A stretch of DNA of 61,796 bases, counting the filler, from Candidatus Eiseniibacteriota bacterium (GTDB lineage Bacteria; Orphanbacterota; Orphanbacteria; Orphanbacterales; Orphanbacteraceae), in the NCBI GenBank assembly GCA_043809585.1. It is 5 parts of 5 records of this genome, joined end to end, with 100 filler letters (N's around TTAATTAATTAA, not from the genome) between each part and the next. Parts side by side here need not be neighbours in the genome. Positions count along the whole stretch, not along the records: positions 14,898 to 36,974 come from JBDROZ010000105.1; 4 more parts are not named here. One strand, given 5' to 3'. The position numbers and the translations under genes were made by a program. Below the pieces are notes generated by a model. That model saw only the letters and a program-made list of their open reading frames with translations, did not search any database and was not told the DNA's origin. Positions 20,475 to 30,696 of this stretch are shown in pieces. Every line of letters begins with the position of its first letter. Position 1 is the first letter of the stretch.

Positions 20475-21239
20475 TCAAACCGCCTGAATCGGCCCTTCCG
20501 CCTCGCCCCGGACGAACTGTTGCACGATCGGGTTGTCCGTATCCCACGTCTCGCCGACGGTCCCCTCGAAGATGATCTCCCCGAGATGAAGCATGGCGAT
20601 CCGGTCTCCCACCTTGGAAGCGCTGACCATGTCGTGGGTCACCGTAATCGACGTGGCCTTCAGCTTCTCCTGAAGCGTTCGGATCAGCACATTGATCACG
20701 TCCGCCATGATCGGATCGAGTCCTGTCGTCGGCTCGTCGTAAAGGATGATCTCCGGGTCCATGGCGATCGCCCGGGCGAGTCCGACCCGCTTGCGCATCC
20801 CCCCCGAGAGGTCGGACGGCTTCTTCTCCATCGACCCCTCGAGGCCCACCATGTGAAGCCGCTCCCGGACCCGCTCCTCGATCCCCTTCGCCGACATCTT
20901 GGTGTGCTCCACGAGGCCGAGGCCGACGTTCTCGGCCACCGTGAGCGAATCGAATAGGGCCGAGCCCTGAAAGAGCATACCAAATCTCTTCCTCACCTCA
21001 TAAAGGGATTCGCCCTTCATGGAGGTGAGGTCCCGGCCGTCGATAAGGACCGATCCCTCGTCGGGCTTGATCAGCCCGATCAGGTGCTTGAGGAGGACGC
21101 TCTTGCCGCAGCCGGAGGGCCCGATCACGACGAGGGACTCGCCCCGGTAGATGTCGAGGTCGACCCCGCGGAGCACCTGCTGGTCGCCGAAGGCCTTCTT
21201 CACGCCCCGGAGGCGGATGATCGTCTCCCGTTCGCTCAC
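20475..21239 (-). CDS. mlaF: MlaF-type ABC ATPase
   Basis: GPSGCGKS, LSGGMRKRVGLARA, YDEPTTGLDP. Confidence 0.93.
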   Translation of the reverse strand: MSERETIIRLRGVKKAFGDQQVLRGVDLDIYRGESLVVIGPSGCGKSVLLKHLIGLIKPDEGSVLIDGRDLTSMKGESLYEVRKRFGMLFQGSALFDSLTVAENVGLGLVEHTKMSAKGIEERVRERLHMVGLEGSMEKKPSDLSGGMRKRVGLARAIAMDPEIILYDEPTTGLDPIMADVINVLIRTLQEKLKATSITVTHDMVSASKVGDRIAMLHLGEIIFEGTVGETWDTDNPIVQQFVRGEAEGPIQAV

Positions 21240-22030
21240 GACCCGATCCCGTTTTCGGCGAGGAAACGCCGGAGTTCGTCCGCGGGGAGGGCGAGGCCGA
21301 TGCCGGCCTGGTCGACGATTTCCTCGGGGATCGCCTCGATGGCGCCGAGCACGTCCTCCCGGGACTCGACGAGCCCCGGCACCCGGATGTGGGACTTCAT
21401 CATTCCGAGCACAACCCCCGTCCTCCTCCGGAAGAGGGGGCTCCCGCTCTGGCCGAGGGCGACGGACGCGTCGACCTGGATCATCGGGATCCGGGGCCCG
21501 TTCTCGCCGGCCCGCCACTCGGGCAGGGCCGCCACGTGGCCGGCGGCGAGGGAGGGCGTCAAATCGGCGTTCACGGTGTAGCCGAGGGGGAATCCGGTGA
21601 TGGCGACCTCCTCGCCCACGACGGCCTCCCGGGACGAGCCGAAGACGAGAGGGGGCAGCCGGAGGTCTTCCACCTGGAGGATCGCCGCGTCGATGTCGGG
21701 ATTCACGGCGACCACCCGGGCCCGGTGGTTCACCTCCCCCCCCGGCGAAGGGACGGCCACCGTGACCGAGAGCCGGCCGGGGACCACGTGGGCGCAGGTC
21801 AGGAAATGCCCTTCACCGTCGACGGCGAAGGCCGTACCGTAGTTCGACCACCCGGAGTCGTCCTGGTACCAGACGAGAACCACCGACTCGGAGACGCGCC
21901 TCGCCACCTCCGGGAAGTCCCCGGAAGGGGGCGCCGCGATCCGCCACCCCACGAGCGCGCCGAGGCCCCCCCCGACGAGCACGAGGAGAATCTCCTTCGC
22001 GAAGCCTCTCCGGTTTTCGAGTCGCGCCAT
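21236..22030 (-). CDS. Membrane-anchored trypsin-like (S1C) serine protease, no PDZ
   Basis: LTCAHVV, DAAIL, GQSGSPL catalytic triad; N-terminal TM. Confidence 0.88.
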   Translation of the reverse strand: MARLENRRGFAKEILLVLVGGGLGALVGWRIAAPPSGDFPEVARRVSESVVLVWYQDDSGWSNYGTAFAVDGEGHFLTCAHVVPGRLSVTVAVPSPGGEVNHRARVVAVNPDIDAAILQVEDLRLPPLVFGSSREAVVGEEVAITGFPLGYTVNADLTPSLAAGHVAALPEWRAGENGPRIPMIQVDASVALGQSGSPLFRRRTGVVLGMMKSHIRVPGLVESREDVLGAIEAIPEEIVDQAGIGLALPADELRRFLAENGIGS

Positions 22031-22040
22031 CGATGAACCC

Positions 22041-22829
22041 CTATCCGAAGAGGAGAGCGCTGAAGAGCACCTCCGCCAGAATGTAGTCCGAAATGAGGAT
22101 GAGGAGGCAACAGGAGACGACCGCCCTCGTCGTCGCCCGCCCCACCCCCTCGGCGCCCCCTTCGGTCCGGAGCCCGTAGTAGCAGCCCATGAGGGCGATG
22201 ATCATGCCGAAGACCACCGACTTGATCAGGCCGGCCCAGACGTCGGTCATCTCGAAGAAGATCTTCAGGCCGATCAGGAAGGACTGGGCGGTCATTCCGA
22301 TGGAGCCGACCGCGGCGATCAGGCCGCCCGAGATCGCGAGGAAGTCGGCAAAGATCACGACCACGGGAATCATGATCGTGGCCGCCACGAACCGGGGGAG
22401 GACCAGATAGCGGATCGAGTCGATGCCGATCGCCTCGAGGGCGTCGATCTGCTCCGTCACCTTCATGGTACCGAGTTCGGCGGCGATCGACGCGCCGACC
22501 CGCCCCCCCACGACGAGCCCCGTGAGGACCGGCCCGAGCTCGATGATCACCGACTTGCCCACCACGGAGCCGACGTAGCGGAGCGGGATCCAATCCTGAA
22601 ACTGGTACGCCGCCTGAATCGCCGCGACGCTTCCCGTGAAGAAAGAGGTGACCACCACGAGGGGCATGGAACGGATGCCGATCTCCATCATCTGAAGAAG
22701 GACCTGCCGCATGGTGCGGTGGATTTTCGGCAAAGCGGCGAGAATGCGCACGAAGAGAATGGTGAAGTCGCCGAGCTCGGTGACGGCGTCCACCACCCGC
22801 GAGCCGACGCGCACGACCGCCCCGCTCAA
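22041..22829 (-). CDS. mlaE: MlaE family ABC permease
   Basis: ELGPVLTGL...AELGTMKVTEQIDAL...GAEGVGRATT. Confidence 0.95.
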   Translation of the reverse strand: MSGAVVRVGSRVVDAVTELGDFTILFVRILAALPKIHRTMRQVLLQMMEIGIRSMPLVVVTSFFTGSVAAIQAAYQFQDWIPLRYVGSVVGKSVIIELGPVLTGLVVGGRVGASIAAELGTMKVTEQIDALEAIGIDSIRYLVLPRFVAATIMIPVVVIFADFLAISGGLIAAVGSIGMTAQSFLIGLKIFFEMTDVWAGLIKSVVFGMIIALMGCYYGLRTEGGAEGVGRATTRAVVSCCLLILISDYILAEVLFSALLFG

Positions 22830-22830
22830 C

Positions 22831-24246
22831 TCAAGCCCCCCCGCTCTCCTCGAATCCCGCGTCGTCCGCCGCCCCGATCGACTCGTCGAGGATCTCCCGG
22901 GCGGTTTGGCTCTCGAAGCGCGTGTAGTTCTTGATGAACGTGAGGTGCACCGTCCCGAGAGGACCGTTCCGCTGCTTGCCGACGATCACCTCCGCCTTCC
23001 CCTCGTTCTCCGGGATCTTCTCGTACACCTCGGGGCGGTAGAGGAAGAGGACCACGTCGGCGTCCTGCTCGATGGCGCCCGATTCCCGGAGGTCCGAGAG
23101 AAGGGGGCGATGCGAACCGGGACGGTTTTCCACGGCCCGCGAGAGCTGGGAGAGGGCGATGACGGGAATGCCCAGTTCCTTCGCCAGGTTCTTCAGGGAG
23201 CGGGAAATCTGGGAAATCTCCTGCTGCCGGCTTTCGGAGCGGCCGCCGGCGTGGATGAGCTGCATGTAGTCGATGATGAGGAGCGAGAGGTTCGCTTCCC
23301 TGAAGAGCCGGCGGGCCCGGGAGCGCATCTCGAGCACCGTCAGGCCGGGCGCGTCGTCGATGTAGATCGGCGCCTCGGAAAGAAGGCTGGCCGCGGTCGT
23401 GAGGTCCGGCCAATCCCGCTGGGCCACGTAGCCGTTCCGGACGGCGTGGCTGTCGACCCGGGCCTCCGAGCAGAGGAGCCGGTGGACGAGCTGCTCCTTC
23501 GACATCTCGAGACTGAAGATCCCGACCGAGTGCTTCCCGTCGATCGCCACGTTCTGGGCCACGTTGAGACAGAAGGCGGTCTTCCCCATGGAGGGCCGGC
23601 CGGCGACGATGATCAGGTCGCCGTTTTGGAAACCGGAGAGGATCGAGTCGAGGTCGGAAAAGCCGGATTTCACGCCCCGGTGCACGGTGCCCCCCTTGGC
23701 GATCGCCTGGGCGTCGGCGTAGACCGGCCTCACCACGTCGCGGATCGGGAGAAACCCGCGGGTGATCTGGCTCTCGGAGATCTCGAAGATCGACTGCTCC
23801 GCCTGGTCGAGGAGCTCCCTTACGTCCTCCGCCGCCTCGTAGGCGTCCTGCACAATGCGGGTGCCGCTCTGGATCATCTGCCGGAGGATCGACTTCTCCC
23901 GGACCCGGCTGGCGTGGTACGACACATTGGCCGACGTGGCCACCTCGTCGAGGAGGGACGAGAGGAAGAGGCGGCCGCCGGCCGCCTCGAGCGCGCCGTG
24001 ACGGCCGAGCTCCTCGGAGCAGGTGACGAGATCGATCGCCTCGCTCCGCTCGTAGAGGGAGAGCATGGCGGCGAAGATCTTCCGGTGCGCGTCCCGGTAG
24101 AACGTGTCTTCCGTCAGGTAGTCGAGCACCCGGTTGATGCACTCGCCGTCGAGGAGAATCGCGCCGAGCACGGCCCGTTCGGCCTCCACCGCCTGGGGCG
24201 GCACGCGGTCGATTCCCTCTCCCTTCGCCTTTCTCGCCGTCGCCAC
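22831..24246 (-). CDS. dnaB: Replicative DNA helicase
   Basis: GRPSMGKT, IDYMQL, SQLSR, DLRESGAIEQDAD, KQRNGP; no intein. Confidence 0.99.
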   Translation of the reverse strand: MATARKAKGEGIDRVPPQAVEAERAVLGAILLDGECINRVLDYLTEDTFYRDAHRKIFAAMLSLYERSEAIDLVTCSEELGRHGALEAAGGRLFLSSLLDEVATSANVSYHASRVREKSILRQMIQSGTRIVQDAYEAAEDVRELLDQAEQSIFEISESQITRGFLPIRDVVRPVYADAQAIAKGGTVHRGVKSGFSDLDSILSGFQNGDLIIVAGRPSMGKTAFCLNVAQNVAIDGKHSVGIFSLEMSKEQLVHRLLCSEARVDSHAVRNGYVAQRDWPDLTTAASLLSEAPIYIDDAPGLTVLEMRSRARRLFREANLSLLIIDYMQLIHAGGRSESRQQEISQISRSLKNLAKELGIPVIALSQLSRAVENRPGSHRPLLSDLRESGAIEQDADVVLFLYRPEVYEKIPENEGKAEVIVGKQRNGPLGTVHLTFIKNYTRFESQTAREILDESIGAADDAGFEESGGA

Positions 24247-24259
24247 GAGTCGATACCTC

Positions 24260-25018
24260 CTACGCCGGACGGATCTTCCGGTATTCGTCCCGGAGGGCCT
24301 GGAAGTCCTCCCAGACGGGGCGCTTGTACGTCGCGTTGCGCAGGCAGGCGGAGGGGTGATAGGTGCAGATCAGCTTCCGCCCCTCGTACTCGTGCCAGAC
24401 ACCCCTCAGGCGGCCGATCGATTCCGGCCGGCCGAGGAGGGTTTGGGACGCGAACCTGCCGAGCGCGCAAATGATTTTCGGGTCGATGATCTCGATCTGC
24501 CTCCGGAGGAAGGGAAGGCACGAGACGATCTCGTCCGCTTCCGGGTCCCGGTTGCCGGGGGGGCGGCACTTCACCACGTTGGTGATGTAGACCTCGTTCC
24601 GGGTGATGCCGGCGGCATCGAGGATGCGGTCGAGCAGCTGGCCCGCCCGCCCCACGAAAGGCTCGCCGAGCCGGTCCTCGTCGGCGCCCGGGCCCTCGCC
24701 GATGAACAGGAGGTCCGCGTCCGGGTCTCCCACACCGAAGACGAGATGGTTCCGCCCCGCCGAAAGGGCGCAGAGCGCGCAGTCGCCGACGGCCGCGCGA
24801 AGCTCCCCGAGGGTCGTCGCTTCCTCTTCCGATTCGATCTCCGAGGACGCCGTCCTCTCGGCCGCCGCCGCGGGGACCGGGCCGGGATCACCATCGAGAA
24901 CGGGAAGGGTCTCGGCGTCACGGAGTTCGAGCTTGGTGAGGATCGGATCGGGGTAGCCGAATTCGCCCTGCTGGACGAGGTAGCGCCTGAGAAGATCGAT
25001 CGTCGTCTCTTCGGCCAT
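24260..25018 (-). CDS. Uracil-DNA glycosylase family 4
   Basis: CALCAL, GEGPG, FVGRAG, VKCRPP, TYHPS. Confidence 0.95.
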   Translation of the reverse strand: MAEETTIDLLRRYLVQQGEFGYPDPILTKLELRDAETLPVLDGDPGPVPAAAAERTASSEIESEEEATTLGELRAAVGDCALCALSAGRNHLVFGVGDPDADLLFIGEGPGADEDRLGEPFVGRAGQLLDRILDAAGITRNEVYITNVVKCRPPGNRDPEADEIVSCLPFLRRQIEIIDPKIICALGRFASQTLLGRPESIGRLRGVWHEYEGRKLICTYHPSACLRNATYKRPVWEDFQALRDEYRKIRPA

Positions 25019-25041
25019 GGGCGTTCCTCCCGGAGCGGGCG

Positions 25042-26280
25042 TTACGGCTTTTGCGGCTCGAGCAGCGCGCGGACCCGGTCCGCGATGCGGGCCGCGATCG
25101 ATTCTTTCGAGGCGAGGGGGACATCCTCCCGGGCGCCGTCCTTGCCGAGGATCAGAACTTCGGTCTCGTCCCGCCCGATCCCGCCGCCGGGGACGTCGGG
25201 ACGGTTCGCGACGACGAGGTCGAGGCCCTTCTTCTCCATCTTCTCCCGGGCCCGGGCTTCCACCTCCTCCGTCTCGAGGGCGAAGCCGACCAGGGCGCGG
25301 ATGGAGCCCCGCTTCATCGAGAGGGCGCCGATGATGTCTTCCGTCGGTTCCAGTTCGAGCGTGACTCCCCCCCCCCGCTTCATCTTTCCTTCCGCCGCCT
25401 TCTTCATGCGCCAATCGCCGACGGCGGCCGCCATGACGACGGCGTCGCAAGCCGGTCCGTCATCCATCACCGCTTTCGCCATGGCGTCCGCGGTCCGGGC
25501 GGGGACGAGGCGCACGCCCTCGGGCGGATCCACGTCCATGGCGCCGGCGACGAAGATCACCTCGGCCCCCCGGCGCGCGAATTCCCGGGCGACCGCCGCG
25601 CCCATCCGACCGCTCGAGCGGTTCGTGATCACCCGGACCGGGTCGATCGGCTCTTCCGTCCGGCCCGCCGTGACGAGCACCTTCCGGCCCGAGAAGTCGC
25701 CGGCGGCGGCGAGCATCTCCCTCGCGACGGCGGCGATCGTCTCCACCGAGGCGAGGCGCCCCACACCCCGGTACCCGCAGGCGAGGTCCCCCTCGTCGGG
25801 GTCGATGATCCGGACTCCGTCCTCCCGGAGGCGCGCCACGTTCCGCTTCGTCGCCCGGTGCTCCCACATGAACTTGTTCATCGCCGGCGCGACGGCGACC
25901 GGGCACGTCGCGGCGAGGTACGCCGTGGTGAGGAGGTCGTCGGCGATGCCGCCGGCGAGCTTGGCGATCACGTTCGCCGTGGCCGGGGCGATCAGGAAGA
26001 GGTCCGCCCGCTGGGCCATGTCGATGTGAATCGGCTTCGTCTCCTCGCCGAACGCGACGGCGGGGCGGAACTCGCGATCGCTCGTCCACAGGTCCCACGC
26101 CGCCCGCCGGCCCGTGAGGGCCTCGAAGCTCTCGGGGCGCACCAGTTCGGTGGCGGCCCGGGTCATCACCGCCTGGACCCGCGCGCCGGAGACGGTGAGG
26201 AGGCGCACGACCTCGAGAGCCTTGTAGGCCGCCACGCCCCCGGTCACGCCGACCAGGACGTTCTTACCGCGAATCGTCAA
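25042..26280 (-). CDS. coaBC: Phosphopantothenoylcysteine decarboxylase/ligase
   Basis: GVTGGVAAYK, APATAN, PAMN, IDPVRVITNRSSGRMG. Confidence 0.98.
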   Translation of the reverse strand: MTIRGKNVLVGVTGGVAAYKALEVVRLLTVSGARVQAVMTRAATELVRPESFEALTGRRAAWDLWTSDREFRPAVAFGEETKPIHIDMAQRADLFLIAPATANVIAKLAGGIADDLLTTAYLAATCPVAVAPAMNKFMWEHRATKRNVARLREDGVRIIDPDEGDLACGYRGVGRLASVETIAAVAREMLAAAGDFSGRKVLVTAGRTEEPIDPVRVITNRSSGRMGAAVAREFARRGAEVIFVAGAMDVDPPEGVRLVPARTADAMAKAVMDDGPACDAVVMAAAVGDWRMKKAAEGKMKRGGGVTLELEPTEDIIGALSMKRGSIRALVGFALETEEVEARAREKMEKKGLDLVVANRPDVPGGGIGRDETEVLILGKDGAREDVPLASKESIAARIADRVRALLEPQKP

Positions 26281-26536
26281 CCGGACTCTCCTCGTCGGCC
26301 GCTCCGGAGGCCCGCCCGGGCGCCGCGCGCCGTGCTTCCGGGGCGGCGACCTCCCAGTCCACTTTCCCCTCCGCGGCCCGGCGGAGGGCTTCGTTGGTCA
26401 CCTTCTTCTCCGTGTCGACCATGCCGCCCCGAAGGCGGATCGTGTTCAGGCGCCGCGCCTCGCGGGCGGCCACCACGATCCGCTCGTATACGGTCCCATT
26501 CATCCCGTCGTCCGTCCGGATCTTCTCTTCGCTCAC
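26264..26536 (-). CDS. rpoZ: RNA polymerase omega subunit
   Basis: YERIVVAAREARRLN...KVTNEAL; located between gmk and coaBC. Confidence 0.75.
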   Translation of the reverse strand: MSEEKIRTDDGMNGTVYERIVVAAREARRLNTIRLRGGMVDTEKKVTNEALRRAAEGKVDWEVAAPEARRAAPGRASGAADEESPVDDSR

Positions 26537-27132
26537 CTCGTCGCCTCCTTCAGTCGTTTTGCGCGGCACCGCTCGGCGCGGATGATGGAGAGAACCGTCT
26601 CCCGGGCGGTCGCGAGATCGTCGTTGATCACGATGTAGTCATATTCGAACTTGCGGGCCAACTCTTCCCGGGCGTTCGCGAGGCGGGTCCGGATGCGATC
26701 CTCCGAATCGGTCTTGCGCTTCCGGAGCCGCCCTTCCAGCACGTCCCACGAAGGGGGGACGATGAAGATCCCGACGGCGTCGGGGTACCCGGCGCGGATC
26801 TGCTCCGCCCCCTGGACGTCGATGTCGAGAATCAGGTCTTCGCCTCTCGCGGCGGCCCCCTCGATCTCGGAGCGGGGCGTGCCGTAGTAGTCGCCGTGCA
26901 CCCGGGCCCACTCGGCGTAGGCGTCCTCGCCGATCCGCTTCGCGAATGCCTCTTCCGTCAGGAACCGGTAATCGACGCCGTCCGTCTCCTTCTCCCGGCG
27001 GGGCCGTGAGGTGTCGGAGACGGAGAAGCGGAGCTTGGGGTCCCCCCCCACGGCGAGACGGGCGAGGGTTGTCTTTCCCGCCCCCGAAGGGCCCGCGATG
27101 ATGATCGCGAAAGCGCTCTTCGGCCCGACCAT
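26533..27132 (-). CDS. gmk: Guanylate kinase
   Basis: GPSGAGKTT, GVDYRF, YYGT, DIDVQGA. Confidence 0.98.
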   Translation of the reverse strand: MVGPKSAFAIIIAGPSGAGKTTLARLAVGGDPKLRFSVSDTSRPRREKETDGVDYRFLTEEAFAKRIGEDAYAEWARVHGDYYGTPRSEIEGAAARGEDLILDIDVQGAEQIRAGYPDAVGIFIVPPSWDVLEGRLRKRKTDSEDRIRTRLANAREELARKFEYDYIVINDDLATARETVLSIIRAERCRAKRLKEATR

Positions 27133-27135
27133 CGG

Positions 27136-28014
27136 TCACTCCAGGTTCTGCACCTGCTCCCGCAGGCGCTCGACCTCTTCCTTCAGGAAGACCACCTCCC
27201 GAGAGATCTCCACGTCGTTCGCCTTCGATCCGATCGTGTTGATCTCCCGGTGCAGTTCTTGAAGGAGAAAGTTGAGCTTCCGGCCGACCGGGCCCCCTTC
27301 TTTCAGGAAGCGCTCGAACTGCACCGCGTGGGAGCGGGCGCGCACGACCTCCTCGACGCAATCGAGGCGGTCGGCGAGAAAGGCCGCTTCGTGGGCCATC
27401 TTGTCGTCGTCCACCGGCATGTTCTCGAGGAGCTTCTCGATGCGGCCCCGGAGTTCCTTCAGGGCGTTTCCCGAGCGGACGACGGCGCGCTTTTCGATGC
27501 GGCCGAAGCTCGCGATGATCGTCCTCAGCCGATTCCGGAGATCCGCGGCGAGGGCGCGCCCCTCGCGGCGGCGCATCAGCATGAGATCGGCGAGGGCCTT
27601 GTGGATACCCTTCTCGACCACGGGCCACACCTCGGCCTCTTTGATCTCCCGGGTGCGGCGGACGATCACCTCGGGAAGGGAGAGGAGGACGGGGAGGTCG
27701 ATCTCCCCTTCCAGGCCGTGCTCTTTCTTCAGCTTCCGCGCGAGACGGAGATAGGCCTCGATGCGGTGGTTGTCGACGACCATGTCTTCCGCATCGACGG
27801 CGCCGTTGATGTCGATCGAGACGTTGATGCGGCCGCGGTCGAGGGACTTCTGGAGAATCTCCCGCACCTTCTGCTCCGAGGCCATCACGGCCCCGTGGAG
27901 CCTCATCGAAGACTCGAGGTACCGGTGGTTGACCGAGCGGATCTCGACGGTGTAGGTGAGGCCTGAGATTCTCGTTTCCCAGCGGCCGAAACCGGTCATA
28001 CTGGAAACGGCCAT
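27136..28014 (-). CDS. yicC: YicC/YloC family endoribonuclease
   Basis: SMTGFG, SVNHRYL, GRKLNFLLQELHREINTIGSK, REQVQNLE. Confidence 0.96.
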   Translation of the reverse strand: MAVSSMTGFGRWETRISGLTYTVEIRSVNHRYLESSMRLHGAVMASEQKVREILQKSLDRGRINVSIDINGAVDAEDMVVDNHRIEAYLRLARKLKKEHGLEGEIDLPVLLSLPEVIVRRTREIKEAEVWPVVEKGIHKALADLMLMRRREGRALAADLRNRLRTIIASFGRIEKRAVVRSGNALKELRGRIEKLLENMPVDDDKMAHEAAFLADRLDCVEEVVRARSHAVQFERFLKEGGPVGRKLNFLLQELHREINTIGSKANDVEISREVVFLKEEVERLREQVQNLE

Positions 28015-28073
28015 GAACGACTCCTCTGCCGAAGTGGGGTCAATGATAACCGAGGGATACCCCCCCGTCAACG

Positions 28074-29822
28074 ATGGCCGCTCCCGGCGCCCATCTCGTT
28101 GAACTTCAACCGATTCTCCCGGAGGGACTCGTGGACGCCCCCGTCCTCTACCGCATGGTTGTCGCCGCCCGGCCCCGCCTCGAGGGTGCTTCGGTCCGCT
28201 ATGGCCTCAGGGCGAAGGGCCCCTGGATGACCGCGCCGGTCTATCTCCTTCGATTGCAACCACCTGGGGGAACACTTCTCGTGTCGCTCCGGCCGGAGGC
28301 GCCCGGCATCGTTCTCTTCCGCGAGGGGGCGGGCCCGGAGGGGGAGAAGGATCCGGGGGCGGAGCGGCTCGGGAGACTCCTGGAAGGGCGCGCGATCGAG
28401 GAGGTGGCGGCGTTCGGAATCGACCGGTTCGTCGAAATCCGCTGCGAGGGAGGCGTGACGGCCCGTCTCGACCTCCGGCCGCCGAGACCGTCGTTCCTGG
28501 TGGCGGAGGAGGGGACGATCCGATTCGTCCTCCCGGGGAACGCGAAGGTCCGGCCGGGGGCGGAACTCGCCGGGATGCCCGGCGCCGGCAAGACGGATCT
28601 CGCGGAATTCGATCCGGCGACGCTGCCGGAGACGATGGAAGACGAGGACGAGGCGAGGAGGCTCATTCGGCGCTCGGTGCGGGCGGTCTCCCCGGCGTGG
28701 CTGGACGAACTCTTCGCACGCTCCCGCTTCGGCGAGGCCCCACCGGACGAAAGGAAGGAGGCCCTTGCGGCGGCGTGGCGGGAGATGGCGGCGGAACTCG
28801 GCGAGGAGTCCGGTCTCTTCTTCTATCGTGAGGGGGGGCGCGAAGGGAACCGGCCGTTTCTCTCGGCGATCCCCCTCTTCTCGATCGACGAGGAGGGGGA
28901 GGCATTCGACGATCCTCTCGCCGCCGCGATCGTCTGGTGGGCGGAGGCGGACGAGGCGGCGGGCCGGGAAGGGATCGTCGCCGGCATCCGGGAGGCCCTC
29001 GGCAAGGAACGGAAGCGGGTGGCGCGCCGGGCGGAGAAGCTCCGGGCCGAATTGGAAGAGGCGGAGCGCTATCCCCTCTTCCGGAAGCAGGGGGAGATCC
29101 TCAGCATCCATTTCGGAAAGGTGAAGCGGGGGGCGGCGGCGGTCCGGCTCCCCGATCCTTACGACGGGGGGGAGATCGACATCCCCCTCGACCCGGCGAA
29201 GACGCCCCGGGAGAACGTGGCCCGGCTCTTCAAGAAGGCGAAGAAGGGGGAGCGGGGAGTGCCGGTCATCGCCGGGAGGCTCGACGAGGCGGAGAAGGCC
29301 CTGCTGAGAATCGAGGAGCTCCGGGCGGAAGCGGAGGAGGCTTCGACGCCGGAAGAGGCGGAAGGGGTGACCGAAAAGGCGCGGCCCTATCTCAAGGGGA
29401 AGCCGCCGCCGCCGGTCTGGAAGGAGAAGATCCGGAAGCCGAAGGACCGGGAGCTTGCGGTACACCCCCGGGAGTACAAGGTGGCGGGCGGTTACACGGT
29501 GCTCGTCGGAAAGGACGACCGGGAGAACGATCTCTTGACGACCCGGATCGCCCGGCCCGGGGACTTCTGGTTCCACGCGAGCCAGAGCCCCGGCTCCCAT
29601 GTGGTGCTCCTCCGGGACGACCCGGGAAAATCGGTGCCGGGGGAGGCACTTCTCGCGGCGGCGGCCATCGCGGCCCACTATTCGAAGGCGCGCCACGCCT
29701 CGAAGGTGCCGGTGGTCTACACGGAAAAGCGCTACGTGCGGAAGCCCCGCGGCTGGCCCCCGGGAAAGGTCACCCTCACCCGCGAGAAGACCCTCTTCGT
29801 CGAACCCGCCCTACCGGAATAG
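28074..29822 (+). CDS. NFACT family protein (RqcH/Rqc2-like)
   Basis: N-terminal IDRFVEI, central coiled coil, C-terminal NFACT-R motifs VGKDDREND, FWFHA...PGSHV, AAHYSK. Confidence 0.88.
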   Translation: MAAPGAHLVELQPILPEGLVDAPVLYRMVVAARPRLEGASVRYGLRAKGPWMTAPVYLLRLQPPGGTLLVSLRPEAPGIVLFREGAGPEGEKDPGAERLGRLLEGRAIEEVAAFGIDRFVEIRCEGGVTARLDLRPPRPSFLVAEEGTIRFVLPGNAKVRPGAELAGMPGAGKTDLAEFDPATLPETMEDEDEARRLIRRSVRAVSPAWLDELFARSRFGEAPPDERKEALAAAWREMAAELGEESGLFFYREGGREGNRPFLSAIPLFSIDEEGEAFDDPLAAAIVWWAEADEAAGREGIVAGIREALGKERKRVARRAEKLRAELEEAERYPLFRKQGEILSIHFGKVKRGAAAVRLPDPYDGGEIDIPLDPAKTPRENVARLFKKAKKGERGVPVIAGRLDEAEKALLRIEELRAEAEEASTPEEAEGVTEKARPYLKGKPPPPVWKEKIRKPKDRELAVHPREYKVAGGYTVLVGKDDRENDLLTTRIARPGDFWFHASQSPGSHVVLLRDDPGKSVPGEALLAAAAIAAHYSKARHASKVPVVYTEKRYVRKPRGWPPGKVTLTREKTLFVEPALPE

Positions 29823-30545
29823 ATCTTTGATCGAGCTCCAGGAGGCGTTCTGCTCGCTCCCCGCGGACGGGACGGAGGTGATGCCGCATTCGAAGCCGGC
29901 CTTGACGAGCAGGTTGACCGGGCCGTTCGGGTCGGTCACCGGGACCGGCGGGCAGTAGGCGGTCGTCCCCTCGATCCCGAACCAGAAGGACCGGGCCGTC
30001 AGCGCGGGCGGCGCGCATCCGAGGGCGGCGTTCTCCACGTTGTTGTCCGACGTGACCCGGATGAAGGAGGCCGCGGTGGGGAACGTCGCGACGATGGCGA
30101 CACGATCGGCGGCAAAGGCGCCGAAACCGTCGTGGTAGTTCCACCGCTCCACCGGCGTCACGCCCGTGACTTCGGCGAGGGAGGGCTCGATGAGGCACCC
30201 GGATGCATCCACCTCGTACAGCTCGTAGTTCACGAAGCCACGCGACGGGGTCGTGAACCGCCAGTACCACCAGAAGTGCATGTTGGTGCAGAAATCGCCC
30301 GCCCCTTTCCCGCAATCCGCCGGGAGATCGAAGATCACGCCGATCTGGTCGCCCGGAAGCCCCGTCCAGAACCACGCCCAGTTCGAGCAGACGTCGTAGT
30401 AAACCACCGAGCACATGCCGGACGCCCCCCCGATGCCGAAGGAGTGCCCCACATCGGGCACCTGCCCCCGCACCGCCGTCCGCTCGGCATGGGCCGGCCC
30501 TGCGAATGCCACACAAAGAAGAACGACAAGGATCGTCTTTTTCAC
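29811..30545 (-). CDS. Secreted Cys-rich hypothetical protein, C-terminal SWSSIKDLFR
   Basis: Signal peptide (M)KKTILVVLLCVAFAGPAHA; paralog of the neighbouring gene. Confidence 0.8.
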   Translation of the reverse strand: MKKTILVVLLCVAFAGPAHAERTAVRGQVPDVGHSFGIGGASGMCSVVYYDVCSNWAWFWTGLPGDQIGVIFDLPADCGKGAGDFCTNMHFWWYWRFTTPSRGFVNYELYEVDASGCLIEPSLAEVTGVTPVERWNYHDGFGAFAADRVAIVATFPTAASFIRVTSDNNVENAALGCAPPALTARSFWFGIEGTTAYCPPVPVTDPNGPVNLLVKAGFECGITSVPSAGSEQNASWSSIKDLFR

Positions 30546-30696
30546 GTTCGATTCCCCGTGTTCGATGAAGATCATTCCGCCACGGCCCCCGTGGGGCCCT
30601 CGATCTTCTTATCGGCGTGGGGGATCGGGCGCTTGATGAAGGAGGGGCAGGCCCGGTGGGACCCGCCCCCCATGGAATGGCGCAAACTCGCAACCT

